A DNA stretch of 63,706 nt, the filler included, from Octopus bimaculoides (taxonomy: Eukaryota): assembly GCF_001194135.2 (NCBI RefSeq). It is 7 parts of 7 records of this genome, joined end to end, with 100 filler letters (N's around TTAATTAATTAA, not from the genome) between each part and the next. Parts side by side here need not be neighbours in the genome. Positions count along the whole stretch, not along the records: positions 27,742 to 39,682 come from NC_069004.1; positions 39,783 to 46,649 come from NC_068986.1; positions 46,750 to 52,915 come from NC_068985.1; 4 more parts are not named here. One strand, written 5' to 3'. This document shows positions 35,640 through 48,447 of the stretch, one piece after another. Each line of letters begins with the position of its first letter. Within the stretch, counting starts at the first letter, position 1. Made by a program: the position numbers and the translations under genes. The notes below the pieces were generated by a model, which ran no database searches, had not been told where the DNA came from, and saw only the letters and a program-made list of their open reading frames with translations.

Positions 35640-36357
35640 GTCACCGGCTATAAGATGACATCACTTTGATGGACAGGGACAAGATCTTTGTTTCGGTTGA
35701 AGAACACGTAGAACTGCGAGAAATGAGCGAATCAAAAATGAATTCGATTGAAGATTTCAGATATCTTGGTAGTTTGATAAATAACTTCGATACTGACATC
35801 AACGTTAGAACAGCACACGCTTGGACAGCGTGTCACAAACTAAAGAGAATGTGGAAGTCGTGACTGTTAAGAGAAACCAAAATTAGACAATCCTTTGCCA
35901 CTGTTTTGTCAGTGCTCTTGTATGGCAGCGAAACGTGGACCAAACAGAGAAAATAGAACTCAAAATATGAGTATATATATTTATTTATTAATATTTAACA
36001 GAGAGAGAGTGTTTAGATGGTTGCTACAGAAGGGTGTTACGAATGGCCCTAGCTGCGAAATGGCCTCAGGACATAATCAATAAGCATTTCTTTGGAAGCG
36101 TCCCAAACGTGACCAACGAGATCAGAGAACGACGTCTCTGCATATAATGAATAGGATACTCAAATCTTGTGTTCTGAGACCTACAGCATGATACCAGCAA
36201 ACGTGAAAGATGTCATCTGACATTTATCGACAACTTGGAGGATACAGGATGGGATTCCATCCTCGAACTGAAGGTGGCGATGATGGATTGGGAATGCTTG
36301 GCAGTATGGTTTTGTCTTCGAGGACCAAGTGAGAACACAACCAAAGTAAAAGTAAGA
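35640..36357 (+). mobile_element. Decayed RTE-type LINE, 3' part
   Basis: SIEDFRYLGSLI..DINVRTAHAWTACHKLKRMWKS..ATVLSVLLYGSETWT / LDGCYRRVLRMALAAKW..NEIRERRL / TFIDNL; short aaagt tail. Confidence 0.8.
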
Positions 36358-36475
36358 ACTGAGATAATTTAAAAGTTTAGTTTCTTGGTTTATCAGAAAA
36401 AGAGGCCACTGATGGTGATTGTATGCACACGGCCCTCTTTTCCACTGCTTATCTGATATTCTATTCAGTTGGCAG

Positions 36476-36805
36476 TGTAGGCATGTGGCCTAGTGGTTAG
36501 GGTAATCGGCTTACGATCGTAATGTCGTGAGTTCGATTTCCTGCGAGTGTTGTGCCCTTGGGCAAAAAAACTTTTATTTCACATTGCTCCAGTCCACTCA
36601 GCTGGCAGAACTGAACTGTACCTGTAATTCAAAGGGTTGACCTTGTCACCCCCCGTGTCGTGCTGGGTCTCGGTGAGAACTACGTTGAGGGTACACGTGA
36701 TTGTGGAGTGCTCAGCCATTTGCATGTTAATTTCATGAACAGGTTGTTCCGTTGACCGGATTAACTGGAACCCTCGTGAACGTAACTCATAGAGTGCCAG
36801 TTGGT
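36476..36805 (+). mobile_element. SINE with a family C-type head and the alternative 3' body shared with 55938-56316
   Basis: gtggcctagtggttaggg, gagttcgatttcc, gtacctgtaattcaaag...gagaactacgttgagggtacacgtg...gtgctcagccatttgcatgttaatttc. Confidence 0.75.
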
Positions 36806-37233
36806 TGGTTGTTCAGTCGGCATTTGGTGCATTCCTCAGTAAAAACAATCTATTAAATACCTGGAATATTTGTATTGATCCAACGAAGGATCATGAGGGA
36901 TGCAGCATAAATTAGCATAAACAATTCTATGGTGGGGCAAACAGAGAAAATAGAACTCAAAATATGAGTATATATATTTATTTATTAATATTTAACAGAA
37001 ACAACAAAGTGACTCAAGGACTGACAGTTTCGTGTGCTGATATCTAGTTTGATAAATGCCAAGGCACGAACTCTCGATATGAGTGTAAACAGTTCTAGAA
37101 ATGATACATAGAACCATTATAATAGCAGAGATACTGGTGTAAAAAATATTTAGCAAATGGGGTCAGAGCGATTTAGAGATTCAAACATATACGGAATGGA
37201 AATGCATGAAGTGTGTGTAGGAGGGAGAGAGGG

Positions 37234-37274
<41 letters not shown>

Positions 37275-37567
37275 NNNNNNNNNNGAGAGAGAGAGAGAGA
37301 GAGAGAGAGATGAACAGTGATCCCCGATTATGTTATATACCTTATCAGTCTACATACTTCCTACATAATGAAAAAGTCAGCGGATATCTATCGATCAGGC
37401 TCGCATGACGTATGTCCATGTACTTATGTGGGACACAGGACTGTGTACTGTCTCAGAGTTAGCACGCATATTGTCATCTTGCACAGCATGGAGGGAAATT
37501 GGTTCTCGAGATGGAGTTGATGTCCACGAGCGATATGGTATAGACTAAGACTATCTGTTCATCTATC

Positions 37568-37616
<49 letters not shown>

Positions 37617-38144
37617 CTCTCTATATATATATTATATATATATATNNNNNNNNNNNNNNNNNNNNNNNNNNNNNNNNNNNNNNNNNNNNNNNNNNNNNNN
37701 NNNNNNNNNNNNNNNNNNNNNNNNNNNNNNNNNNNNNNNNNNNNNNNNNNNNNNNNNNNNNNNNNNNNNNNNNNNNNNNNNNNNNNNNNNNNNNNNNNNN
37801 NNNNNNNNNNNNNNNNNNNNNNNNNNNNNNNNNNNNNNNNNNNNNNNNNNNNNNNNNNNNNNNNNNNNNNNNNNNNNNNNNNNNNNNNNNNNNNNNNNNN
37901 NNNNNNNNNNNNNNNNNNNNNNNNNNNNNNNNNNNNNNNNNNNNNNNNNNNNNNNNNNNNNNNNNNNNNNNNNNNNNNNNNNNNNNNNNNNNNNNNNNNN
38001 NNNNNNNNNNNNNNNNNNNNNNNNNNNNNNNNNNNNNNNNNNNNNNNNNNNGTCTTTGTATGTACGTTTGTATACATTTATGTATGTATGTGTGTTTGCG
38101 TGTGAGAGAGAGAGAGAGAGTCAATCAAGGGGTGGTAAGTAGAT

Positions 38145-38839
38145 GAACATACAAGAAATCTCCTTTACCCACGATTATCCAAGTATTACACATGGAGGAA
38201 CAATAAATGGCACAAGAGGAAACGTGGAGATTGACGCTCTTGCAAGAGTTTACAGTGTCCCTCCAAGCCAAGCAGAACACTACTACTTACGACTCCTTTT
38301 GCATGAAGTACGTGGTCCAAAACCATTCCAAGATTCGAGAAGGGTAAATGGTCATGTGTGTGAAACTTATAGGAAAGCATGCTATGAACAAGATGTTTTA
38401 GAAAATGGTGAGCATTGGGATCTGAAGCATCAGTATTAGGTTTTCCAGGGAAACTCCGTAACCTTTTTGCAATTATACTGAACATTTGTCAACTTGACAG
38501 TCGCCTACGAATTTGAATGAAACACCATGAGGACATGGATGAGGACTTAAAGTATACAGTTCAACAGGCTAACCCAGATATCAATATTCAGTTCTCTGAA
38601 ACAACTTTTAACGAAGCACTGGGTGAAATTGCAGATCCAGTTTGGCCATGGGATGCAAAAATTTGAAAGAGTCTGGCTCTGGACTGCCAAAAACAACCCA
38701 TCAAATTAGTGATTTGACCTTAAGAGACATAGCAAGAGAGATAAATTATGTTATCACAGAATTGTCTGCATTTGTGAATGAGCATGAACCTAAACTTCTT
38801 CCAAAATAGCAAAATTTGTGTTCATTACTATTATTATTA

Positions 38840-38912
<73 letters not shown>

Positions 38913-39080
38913 CATCATCATCATCATTGTCTCTTTTGTATTATGAATTCAGAATTGATTTCCCTATTGAAGAATAAATTGAATTTAGAATAACAAATTT
39001 CTATGCAACATATTTTGTTTTTTTCTTCCAATATATAAGGAACAATTTCATTCCTGGGCAACGCCGGGTGCCTCTGCTAG
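38145..39080 (+). mobile_element. Internally deleted Helitron: Rep/Hel coding fragment plus 3' terminal hairpin and CTAG
   Basis: YYTWRNNKWHKRKRG / ALARVYSVPPSQAEHYYLRLLLHEVRGPKPFQD..VNG.VCETYRKAC..LENGEHW / PGKLRNLFAIIL are Helitron Rep/Hel motifs. CCTGGGC-AAC-GCCGGG hairpin at 39053-39068, then CTAG (39077-39080) followed by T. Confidence 0.85.
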
Positions 39081-39937
39081 TGTGTGTGTGTGTGTGTGTA
39101 TATTGTTTTTACATAATTGAACGCAGCGCCTTCCAACTGTAAGTAGTTTTCGTAAACTCATATCCTCCAACGTTACTCTATCTCTTTCTCTTTCTCTTTC
39201 TTTTTCCCCCTCTCGTTCTTCCTCTTTACTACTACGTATCTCGCTTTACCGCTCTCGCTCTTCCTCTGTTACTACAACGTATCTCTTTTTTTCCCCCTCG
39301 TATTTCCTCTCTTTCTCTTTTCCCCTGTTGATCACCTATTCTTCTACTTCCTCCCTTTGTTTCTCCCTCTACCACTCTCTCTACTGGCATGGTCACATGC
39401 TTCCGGTCAATAATCCTTTCCTTCCTCGGCTTTCGCCAAGCAACGCACGCACCACTTTGTCCCTCTCAAGTTCGTGCCTCATCGCGTTCATACACACATA
39501 ATTTTTCTCGTCTGGCCGTAAAGCCTTTTCTGTTTGTTTTCCTGTCTTGTTTTTTGTCCGCCACTATATTCCTCCATGGCTAGATTTAATTTGCGTATAC
39601 AAATTTAATCTGCGATCCATGGGACGAGCCGTTTTAACGATGCGTCCTGCCCAAGCTCGTCGAAACGCCGGTGTTAAAACGTNNNNNNNNNNNNNNNNNN
39701 NNNNNNNNNNNNNNNNNNNNNNNNNNTTAATTAATTAANNNNNNNNNNNNNNNNNNNNNNNNNNNNNNNNNNNNNNNNNNNNACATACATATACATAATG
39801 CATTTATACATACCACCATTTTTTCTGTGGAAGAGCGTATGCTCGAAACAAAACTTTTCCTTCTATTTTACCTGAACGTTAACATAATACACTCTGTTTC
39901 TTTTTACCCTGTCTTCGTGTCATCTATGATTTTTGCA

Positions 39938-39980
<43 letters not shown>

Positions 39981-40582
39981 AGCAGATATAAAATGCTGGT
40001 TGGTTGATTTTTTTCAGTCACGCTTTACATCGTAGAGACGAGCAGGGAGTAAAAGAGTAAAAGAGAAATATAGAGAAAGTTGACATATGAGTTGCAGGAT
40101 GAGTGCTTGGTGGCAGGCGATGAGTAGAAGAACGTGCACATATACACGCACACACATTGAATGAGAAAAAACCCCAAAGAGAAAGAGGGGAACAGGAGGA
40201 GGAGCGAATGGTAGAAAAGTTATGCGGATAAATATGTGTGTACAAGTGTGAAATGAAAGATTAAAAAGAGATTGAATACAAAAATTTCTCTCCGTGTTGA
40301 TTTTATATTAAAGAAGTTGACACCCTCTCTCTCCCCCTCTCTCTCCCCCCTCTCTCGCACACACACAGAGTTTCCCTCCCCGCTNNNNNNNNNNNNNNNN
40401 NNNNNNNNNNNNNNNNNNNNNNNNNNNNNNNNNNNNNNNNNNNNNNNNNNNNNNNNNNNNNNNNNNNNNNNNNNNNNNNNNNNNNNNNNNNNNNNNNNNN
40501 NNNNNNNNNNNNNNNNNNNNNNNNNNNNNNNNNNNNNNNNNNNNNNNNNNNNNNNNNNNNNNNNNNNNNNNNNNNNNNNNNN

Positions 40583-40622
<40 letters not shown>

Positions 40623-41399
40623 AATATATATATAGCCGTTCTTTTTCGTCCGCGAAGACTACCTCCTCCCTCTTGACGATGCGTGTTCAGAAGCGATTAG
40701 CATATTCACGTTCGAATCTGCCAGAACGTATCAAAACTGAATAGATACTTTTTTGTTTGGATTCTCACTCTTCTGCATGCACTTAATGAATTTTATTAGT
40801 TTGGCAGATATCAGCAAATTGTTTGCGATTTGTATAAACAAGAATCAGTTCATTGGTCTGAGGTTAGCCTTGACTGAGGAGAATTAGTTCATTGGTCCGA
40901 GGTTAGCCTTGACTGAGGAGACACACAATGAGGTCAAAACACTGTAGTGTCTCTAAATGTGGATATCGTCCTCGATCAAGCATGCTGTTAACAACAAACG
41001 AGACCTCTGCTACTATTATGTTGCCTAACTGCTAGGCTGACCGCTCTCCTAATACGCTACCATCATGTGCTCAAATTGATTGTTAAAATTCTACCAGATG
41101 GCAGAGTGAGGATTATAAACACTTGAAGTGTAATCATAAATGAATTCTTTCAAGAGAAGATTATATTAATTTTAAAATTCTCCCTTCAGGTAATGCCACA
41201 TCCAACTAATGTAAAAACACAAAACAAAACAGACAAGGAACAAAAGTAAAAATCCCAAATGAACTGATTTTAATGGCGCTTAACAAAATAGAGAGAGAAT
41301 ATTTACAGCATTGTAAACAACACTCATTTTAGCAAATTAACGCGTGTTTGTATTCTCTCTCAACAATTGCGAAGCAGTATCTTGGGTATAATGGAAAAC

Positions 41400-42990
41400 T
41401 GAGGAAAGGCAAAACAATAAAAAGAAAAAAGTCTGCTTGGATTTGGAAAATGGAATAAAAGGATCGTCGATCTCCGGAGGCCTCACAGTTATATGACGTT
41501 GCTTATCACATGTAAACAGACAAATAATTACATCTCCCATCAGCAAAGAGTGAAAAACAAACTCTGGAGGCAGTTAAAAGAGGAAACTTATCTAGAGATT
41601 GATTACTCTCTAATAAGAACTAAAAGCGGCCAATGAAAAATTCCAGTATCTGAAGGGAATAGCTGAAAGGAAATTAATTAACAAGAAATATAATCGAAAC
41701 CAATCAAAAGTTTACAGAGATATGAGAGAAAAATCAATAACTGTTACAGATGCTTCATGTCAGGAAGAAACTAAGTTATTCTGGAGAAAACTTTGGAACG
41801 AGACAAAGGTGTTTTATCAGAATAGCGGCTGGGTAGGAGAAACATGTACCAAAGATTGTCTCTCGAGTGAACCCAAAGCGTACAGCATCAATGGTGAAAC
41901 TCCTGAGACTGTGATTAGAACAGCTTCAGCATATAAAAAGCGCAAGGAACAGGTTTCATTGTTGGATAAATGGTAAGAAAATTGATCTTCTATGGGAGAT
42001 ATCTTATCGGCCTTTACCAGGTAACTTTTAATGGAAATTATAAATGTACCAAAGTGGTTGCTGCTGGCCGAAACGAAACTGATATCCCAAATCAATATTA
42101 CTCACATGGTGAGAGCCTGTCAATTTGGTAGCACTAATACCATTCCAGATCCACAAACAACTGGGAAGAATGGAGTTAAAAGAATTGCTGAACAACTCTT
42201 GATCAACAAAACTGTGATGTCAAAAGTATGGCGGCAGAGTAGAACTTTGGTAACGATCTGGATACGGGTTACAGGAGATCATTCAGTTTTGTTCTCCACC
42301 CGCGGATGCCAGAGTTCTTTCTTCTTACTAAAGTTCCAAGTACCCATTTCAAGGTCAGACAACCTAAATTCGTCCTGGGTCACCATTCTAAAGTTATATA
42401 CTTTCAGTAAACCCTCCGACCATTTTTTCTGAGGAAATCTGATGCATAAGCGATTGCCTCAAAGGAAGACAGAAACACCAAACTAACAGATTGGCTTCGT
42501 TGTGAATGATTGAACCTACCAAGAACATGAATAATATGAAGAAGACTAATTAGGATATATTCAAAAAATATAGAAGATGGAGTTTGGACACGATAAATGT
42601 TCACATATGGCTATAAAAAGAAGAACTATAGCTCAATGAAGCCAAATTACAACCAATGGATGGGAATATCCCCTATGCTGGAACCTATATCAAGAAATAT
42701 TTAACCAGGAAATATAACACCAGGAAGAAGAAAATATAGTCCTCGGAACTTTCCACATGTAAAAAAACCGATAGCTCACACTCATACTTATATTTGGGTG
42801 ACGCAATGATTGGACGCTGGATTAGATCCGAGCTATTGATGTTAAAGCTCGAAAATTATTATCCCACACCAGATATTTCCACAACAGTAACGTAGATCAT
42901 CTTTACTTAAAACGAAATCAAGACGACAGGGGTTTAACATGGATTCAAACAACTTTTAAATGTCGCATCATATTACTTCGGCAATATTTA
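41400..42990 (+). mobile_element. Decayed R4/Dong-type LINE, central RT part
   Basis: NQSKVYRD, FWRKLWNE, VPKWLL.AET.LI, GVKRIAEQLLINKTV, MEFG.DKC, IDVKARKLL..T..FH.SNVD.LYLKR..D.RGL. Confidence 0.7.
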
Positions 42991-43683
42991 CTTGCTGTCG
43001 AATGTTGAACACAGCCAGGGATCAAGTCTGCATCCGTGAATTGATAACATTATGAGGGTTGAAAAAGAGTTTCTTAGGAAGTATTCCCTGATTGTTGACC
43101 ACCGTTATACCGCAAGAGAAGTGTACAACTCTTATGGCATCAAGTCACCAGAAGAGAGGCCATATATTCATCAATGGCGATATTCCCAGAAAGTGACACC
43201 AATAACAAATGTAGTCAATCGTGAACTAACAACCGCGATATTAGATCTCACTTTGAGGGATAAACCTATGAAATACAGGGAAATATAAAATACAAGAAAT
43301 AACAACAAAATTACCAAGCTGTGACCCCCGATGCAAGTCCCGTGGAATCACCATTCAGGATGTGATCCGGGCCATAAATAGCTGTTCGAGACTGTCATTA
43401 TAGTGTTTACTTACCTGTGAGACATAATGCAAAAGGTTAAATCATTATCTAATTAAATCTACAGAAAGGATAATCCTGGGCAGACAAAAATAAGAAGCTA
43501 TAGTGATGCGGAGGTATATATTTGTGTCTGTGTTTGTCCCCCCNNNNNNNNNNTCGCTTGACAAGCGATGTTGGTGTGTTTACGTCCCCGTAACTTAGTG
43601 GTTCGGCAAAAGACACCGATAGAGTAAGTACTAGGCTTACAAGGAATAAGTCCTGGGTTCGATTTGCTCGCTAAAGGCGGTGC

Positions 43684-43769
43684 TCCAGCATAGCTTAAAG
43701 GTAAAGCACTTGACGCATAATCACAGGGATGTGAGTTCGAGTCTCATGGTTGGCCGGTAACATTTTTTT
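43684..43769 (+). pseudogene. tRNA-like sequence (Met/CAT-type anticodon loop) followed by a T7 run, fused to the 3' part of a family A SINE at 43520-43690
   Basis: TAGCTTAAAGGTAAAGC D arm (GCTT/AAGC), CTTGA-CGCATAA-TCACA, GTGAG-TTCGAGT-CTCA T arm, 3' TGGTTGGCC, T run at 43763-43769. Confidence 0.55.
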
Positions 43770-43844
43770 CTGCTATAAATGGATAGTTTATCCTGTTCAT
43801 GCTATTGTATTAACATTATCATGCGTTTGAGAATAAATTATTTC

Positions 43845-43877
<33 letters not shown>

Positions 43878-43953
43878 TTATCTAATCTATCTATCTATAT
43901 ATATGTGTGTGTGTGCATGTATATATATATGTATGTATATAGTTGTATGCATA

Positions 43954-44035
<82 letters not shown>

Positions 44036-44949
44036 TATAAGTGTTTATATGAATATATATTTACACGTATGCACACACACATTGAAGTCCTTATGCATGG
44101 TTACTCCATTGTACATGCCAATGTGTACGCCTGTGTGCATACATAAGCATCTGCTTGTATGTGTCTGTGGCCATCGTTATGTATTTATTGTTCTACACAA
44201 TAAATACGCATGTTCCTATGTTCTACACAATTTACAGGAGTGTTCAAGAAATATATTGTAATATTTAAATCATTAATTAACCAATTAATTAACCTAGTTT
44301 GCAAATAATGTGTTTGACCTGTCGCTTAAAGATCCGTATGACCTCTTTCCAGGAATTTCCTCTGTGTTCTTTTAGAGATTTTCTCAGAGTTTCTCGTTCA
44401 ATGCCTATGAAATCTGTTATTTAAAAGTCAGCGATCATTTCCCTGAAGTTAAAACTACGAAACGAAGCTGTGTTTTAATTCTTTGATATAAAAATACAAA
44501 ATTGCTAAATATAACTTCATGTTGGAAGTGTGTAGCGTCAAAAATATATCAATTCATGAGAAATAAACAACGATTGTATATGAAAGATACGGTTTCGTTT
44601 GGTAATCGACTGCAAATATCACCTATTAAAAATAGTTAATAACTGTGTAATTAAACGTTATTAACTATTTAAAAAAGTTTCTTTTAGTTAACAGAACGTC
44701 ACTAGCTTTTGCGGAAGAAGTTTGTGTGTTATGTATGATGTGTATTTTGTGTGTAAGCGTCTTCGTTTCTCAACTTTCCAAAACACACGCGTTCCGGGCT
44801 AATGCTTTGTGAGAATGTTAACTATTTCTGGTTTAGTTTCGGATTTAGAATTTTTATAATTCTTCCGCAAATGTTAGTGACATTCTGTTAAATAAAATAA
44901 GTTTTTAAAATACAGGAATCGTTTGAAATGTTCAAAGGCTGACCAAGAT

Positions 44950-45330
44950 ACTCTCATGGAATGTGAGCAAATGAGGTTTATTTTTCAAGAGAGTCCACCT
45001 TGTGGTCCATTCACTTCTTCCATCGGTGTTGCAGAGCTCAGATCCCATTGGTTAAGAAACTTTCATCCTGTTTATCAAAAAAAAATCCCCAGCAGCAGAT
45101 ATGACGTCATCATCACCGCAATACTGGTTGCCAGCCTAATGGTTTCTCATGTTGGAGAACAGACGATAGTCAGGTGGAGAGTAGGGATCAATCAGTTCAA
45201 AGCCACAGTCACGCATAACAGCCATTGAAACCAAGGACGATACCAAATTTTGTCGATATTCAAGAGGAATCGCTACTAGTTCATTTTGAACAGTCAGATG
45301 TCAGTTTACCAGGGAAGAAACAATGTAGTT
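44950..45330 (-). mobile_element. Decayed mariner transposase C-terminus
   Basis: Minus strand: MAVMRDCGFELIDPYSP..YRLFSNMRNH*AGNQYCGDDDVISAAGDF..QDESF..GI*ALQHRWKK. The plus-strand ORF 44923-45228 is its antisense. Confidence 0.8.
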
Positions 45331-45730
45331 ATTAAAAAGAAAAGTTGAAATTAAGACATGCAAGATTTCACAGCTCTAGCATCACTCCTTCATAGTCAGC
45401 CTATGAACTTTTCAATCCACTGTTGTTAATAACTTAAAAAAACATAAAAAACCGTTTCTAATTATTGTAACTGAATCAAGTAATTTTCACAAAAGCTTTT
45501 AGATATATATTGGGGCGTACAAATACCCCGACAGAAAAATAGGCATTAGTACACGTGGAAATCGAACTCACCCCCTTTATTTTTACAGTGTGTGCTGACC
45601 GATTGCACCAACATGCCCATCCTTTTTCCTCATTATTCTCATGGGAATATCATACATAAAGCAAAACATACAAATCTACATACATACATACATACATACA
45701 TACATACATACATACATACACGCACGCACA

Positions 45731-45768
<38 letters not shown>

Positions 45769-46011
45769 GTATAAATGTATGTATGTGTGTGTGTGTGTAT
45801 ACGTGTGTATATAGAAACGCGCGCGCGCGCACACTTACGATGGAGGTGAACAACAGGTTAGTTATTTCTAAATTATTATCTTTAAATAGAGTGGGTGATG
45901 GATATATTTATAATTTAAGAACACTCAGGAAGGACCTAGTGAGAAGCAGAGAGTGATGCGTGTTTGAGAGTGAGAGAGATGTATGTGTGTATGTGTGTGT
46001 GAGAGAGAGAA

Positions 46012-46059
<48 letters not shown>

Positions 46060-46579
46060 GAGTTGGAGATAAGTTTGAAACCAGACTTAAACTAAATCGA
46101 AGATTTCGAAGTATAGCAAGTCTGCAGAAAAGACGTGGTCTTCTTTTAAAGCTATATAATTATATAATTATATATATCTATATCCCAGCAAATCAGTTTA
46201 AAATGGAGAAGAGCTAATGACGTCACTGCCTGTGATCACGTGCGGCTCAGTACCGTTGGCTCCTGATCATTCTGCTAATAAACTTCGAAGAAATTACTAA
46301 CAAGAATATCTTTTCGATTCTTTAGGAACGAAAGCTATAAATATATTTTATATTCTCGCCTTATCTATTGCTGTTAATTTTCGTTTTTATCTTGGCTTAA
46401 TTTTATTGCTTAGATTAAGTGACTGACAGATCGCATTTCTGTGGATCTTGGATATGGGTAGAATTTGGTTTCGGTTTTCTATTTTCTGATGCACTGATAC
46501 TAATTCATGAGCAATACTGCACGCATACATACATTATCTGTCTGTATGTCTGTCTGTCTGTCTGTGAAAGTGCATGTGT

Positions 46580-46649
<70 letters not shown>

Positions 46650-46749
46650 NNNNNNNNNNNNNNNNNNNNNNNNNNNNNNNNNNNNNNNNNNNNTTAATTA
46701 ATTAANNNNNNNNNNNNNNNNNNNNNNNNNNNNNNNNNNNNNNNNNNNN

Positions 46750-47683
46750 TATCATCACCATCATCATCACCATCATCATCATCATCATCATCATCACCAC
46801 CACCACCGCCATAGCTCTCACGATCGCAAAGATTACTGCCATAAACAACAGACATTAACACTACAACACTTCTCCTACCACTAACACCACCACCACCACA
46901 ACCGCTACCACTATCACCACTACCGCCACCATCACCACTACCACCGACACCACCACTACCACCACCATCCCTCTCGCTGTCAATGCAACAACCACCCCGC
47001 CCTTTGCCTTCATGAAAAGCACAGCTAATGTCACCAATGTCACAATTATTCTCACCCTCACTACAACCGTGGCCATCACCACAGCCATTAACACGTTTAT
47101 CACCATCACCATCAGTATCACCATCATCATTACCATCCTCACTGCTGGCGTCTTGCGTGTTCGCTCAACCTGCAAGAAATACCAGCTAAATCTCTCTCAA
47201 ATCGTAGTTTCCTGTCTGTTAAAACAAATGTTTATTTTGGATAATGTGGCCCCAGGTTCATATTGGTAAACACAGGCGCAAGAATGGTTGTGTGGTACGT
47301 AGCTTGCTTACCAACCACATGGTTCCGGGTTCAGTCCCACTGCGTAGCATCTTGGAAAAGTGTTTTCTACTATAACCTCAGGTTGACCAAAGCCTTGTGA
47401 GTGGATGTGGTAGACGAAAACTGAAAGAAGCGGCGAGTTAGTAGAAACGTTAGCAACGCCGGGAGAAATGCGTAGCGGTATTTCGTCTGTTTTTACGTTC
47501 TGAGTTCAAATTCCGCCGAGGTCGACTTAGCCTTTCATCCTTTCGGGGTCGATTAAATAAGTACCAGTTAAGCACTGGGGTCGATGTAATCGATTTAATC
47601 TCTTTGTCTGTCCTTGTTTGTCCCCTCTATGTTTAGCCCCTTATGGGCAATAAAGAAATAGGAAACTGAAAGAAGCCCGTCGT

Positions 47684-47737
<54 letters not shown>

Positions 47738-48151
47738 GTATATGTTTGTGTGTCTGTGTTTGTCCCCCCAACATCGCTTGACAACCGATGCTGGTGTGTT
47801 TACGTTCCTAGCGGTTCGGCATAAGATACTGACAGAATAAGTACTAGGCTTACAAAGAGTAAGTCCTGGAGTCGATTTGCTCGACAAAAGGCGGTGCTCC
47901 AGCATGGCCGTAGTCAAAGAACAATAAAAAATAGAATAGTAAAAAGCAAAAACGTGATGGCCACGGTTGGAATGATGTTGATCATAAGTTTATTTCGTCA
48001 GGATTTGATCAGGACGGATCAGAGCTAAACAACAACCACAACAGTCGCTAATTGATTATCCTTATTTCAAGCCTTCCCTCCCCCCCACACACACACACAC
48101 GAGGCCACCAAATCCATTATCACTATTAGCAACAGTATCATCATCATCATC

Positions 48152-48206
<55 letters not shown>

Positions 48207-48416
48207 CCATCACTCCTCCTGTTTACCATCACCATCGTCATCATCATCATTACCATCATCATTATCAGCATTAGTATCATCATCATCTTGTTCCCCTTCA
48301 TCCTCTTTATCATCATCATTATCATCATCATCATCATCACATCATCATCATCACATCATCATCATCTTGTTCATTTCCTCTTCTTTATCCTCATCATCAT
48401 CGTTATCAACATTACG

Positions 48417-48447
<31 letters not shown>

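Noticed and set aside
44923-45228. 101-aa plus-strand ORF preceded by a plausible splice acceptor
   Set aside because: It is the antisense of a decayed mariner transposase C-terminus.
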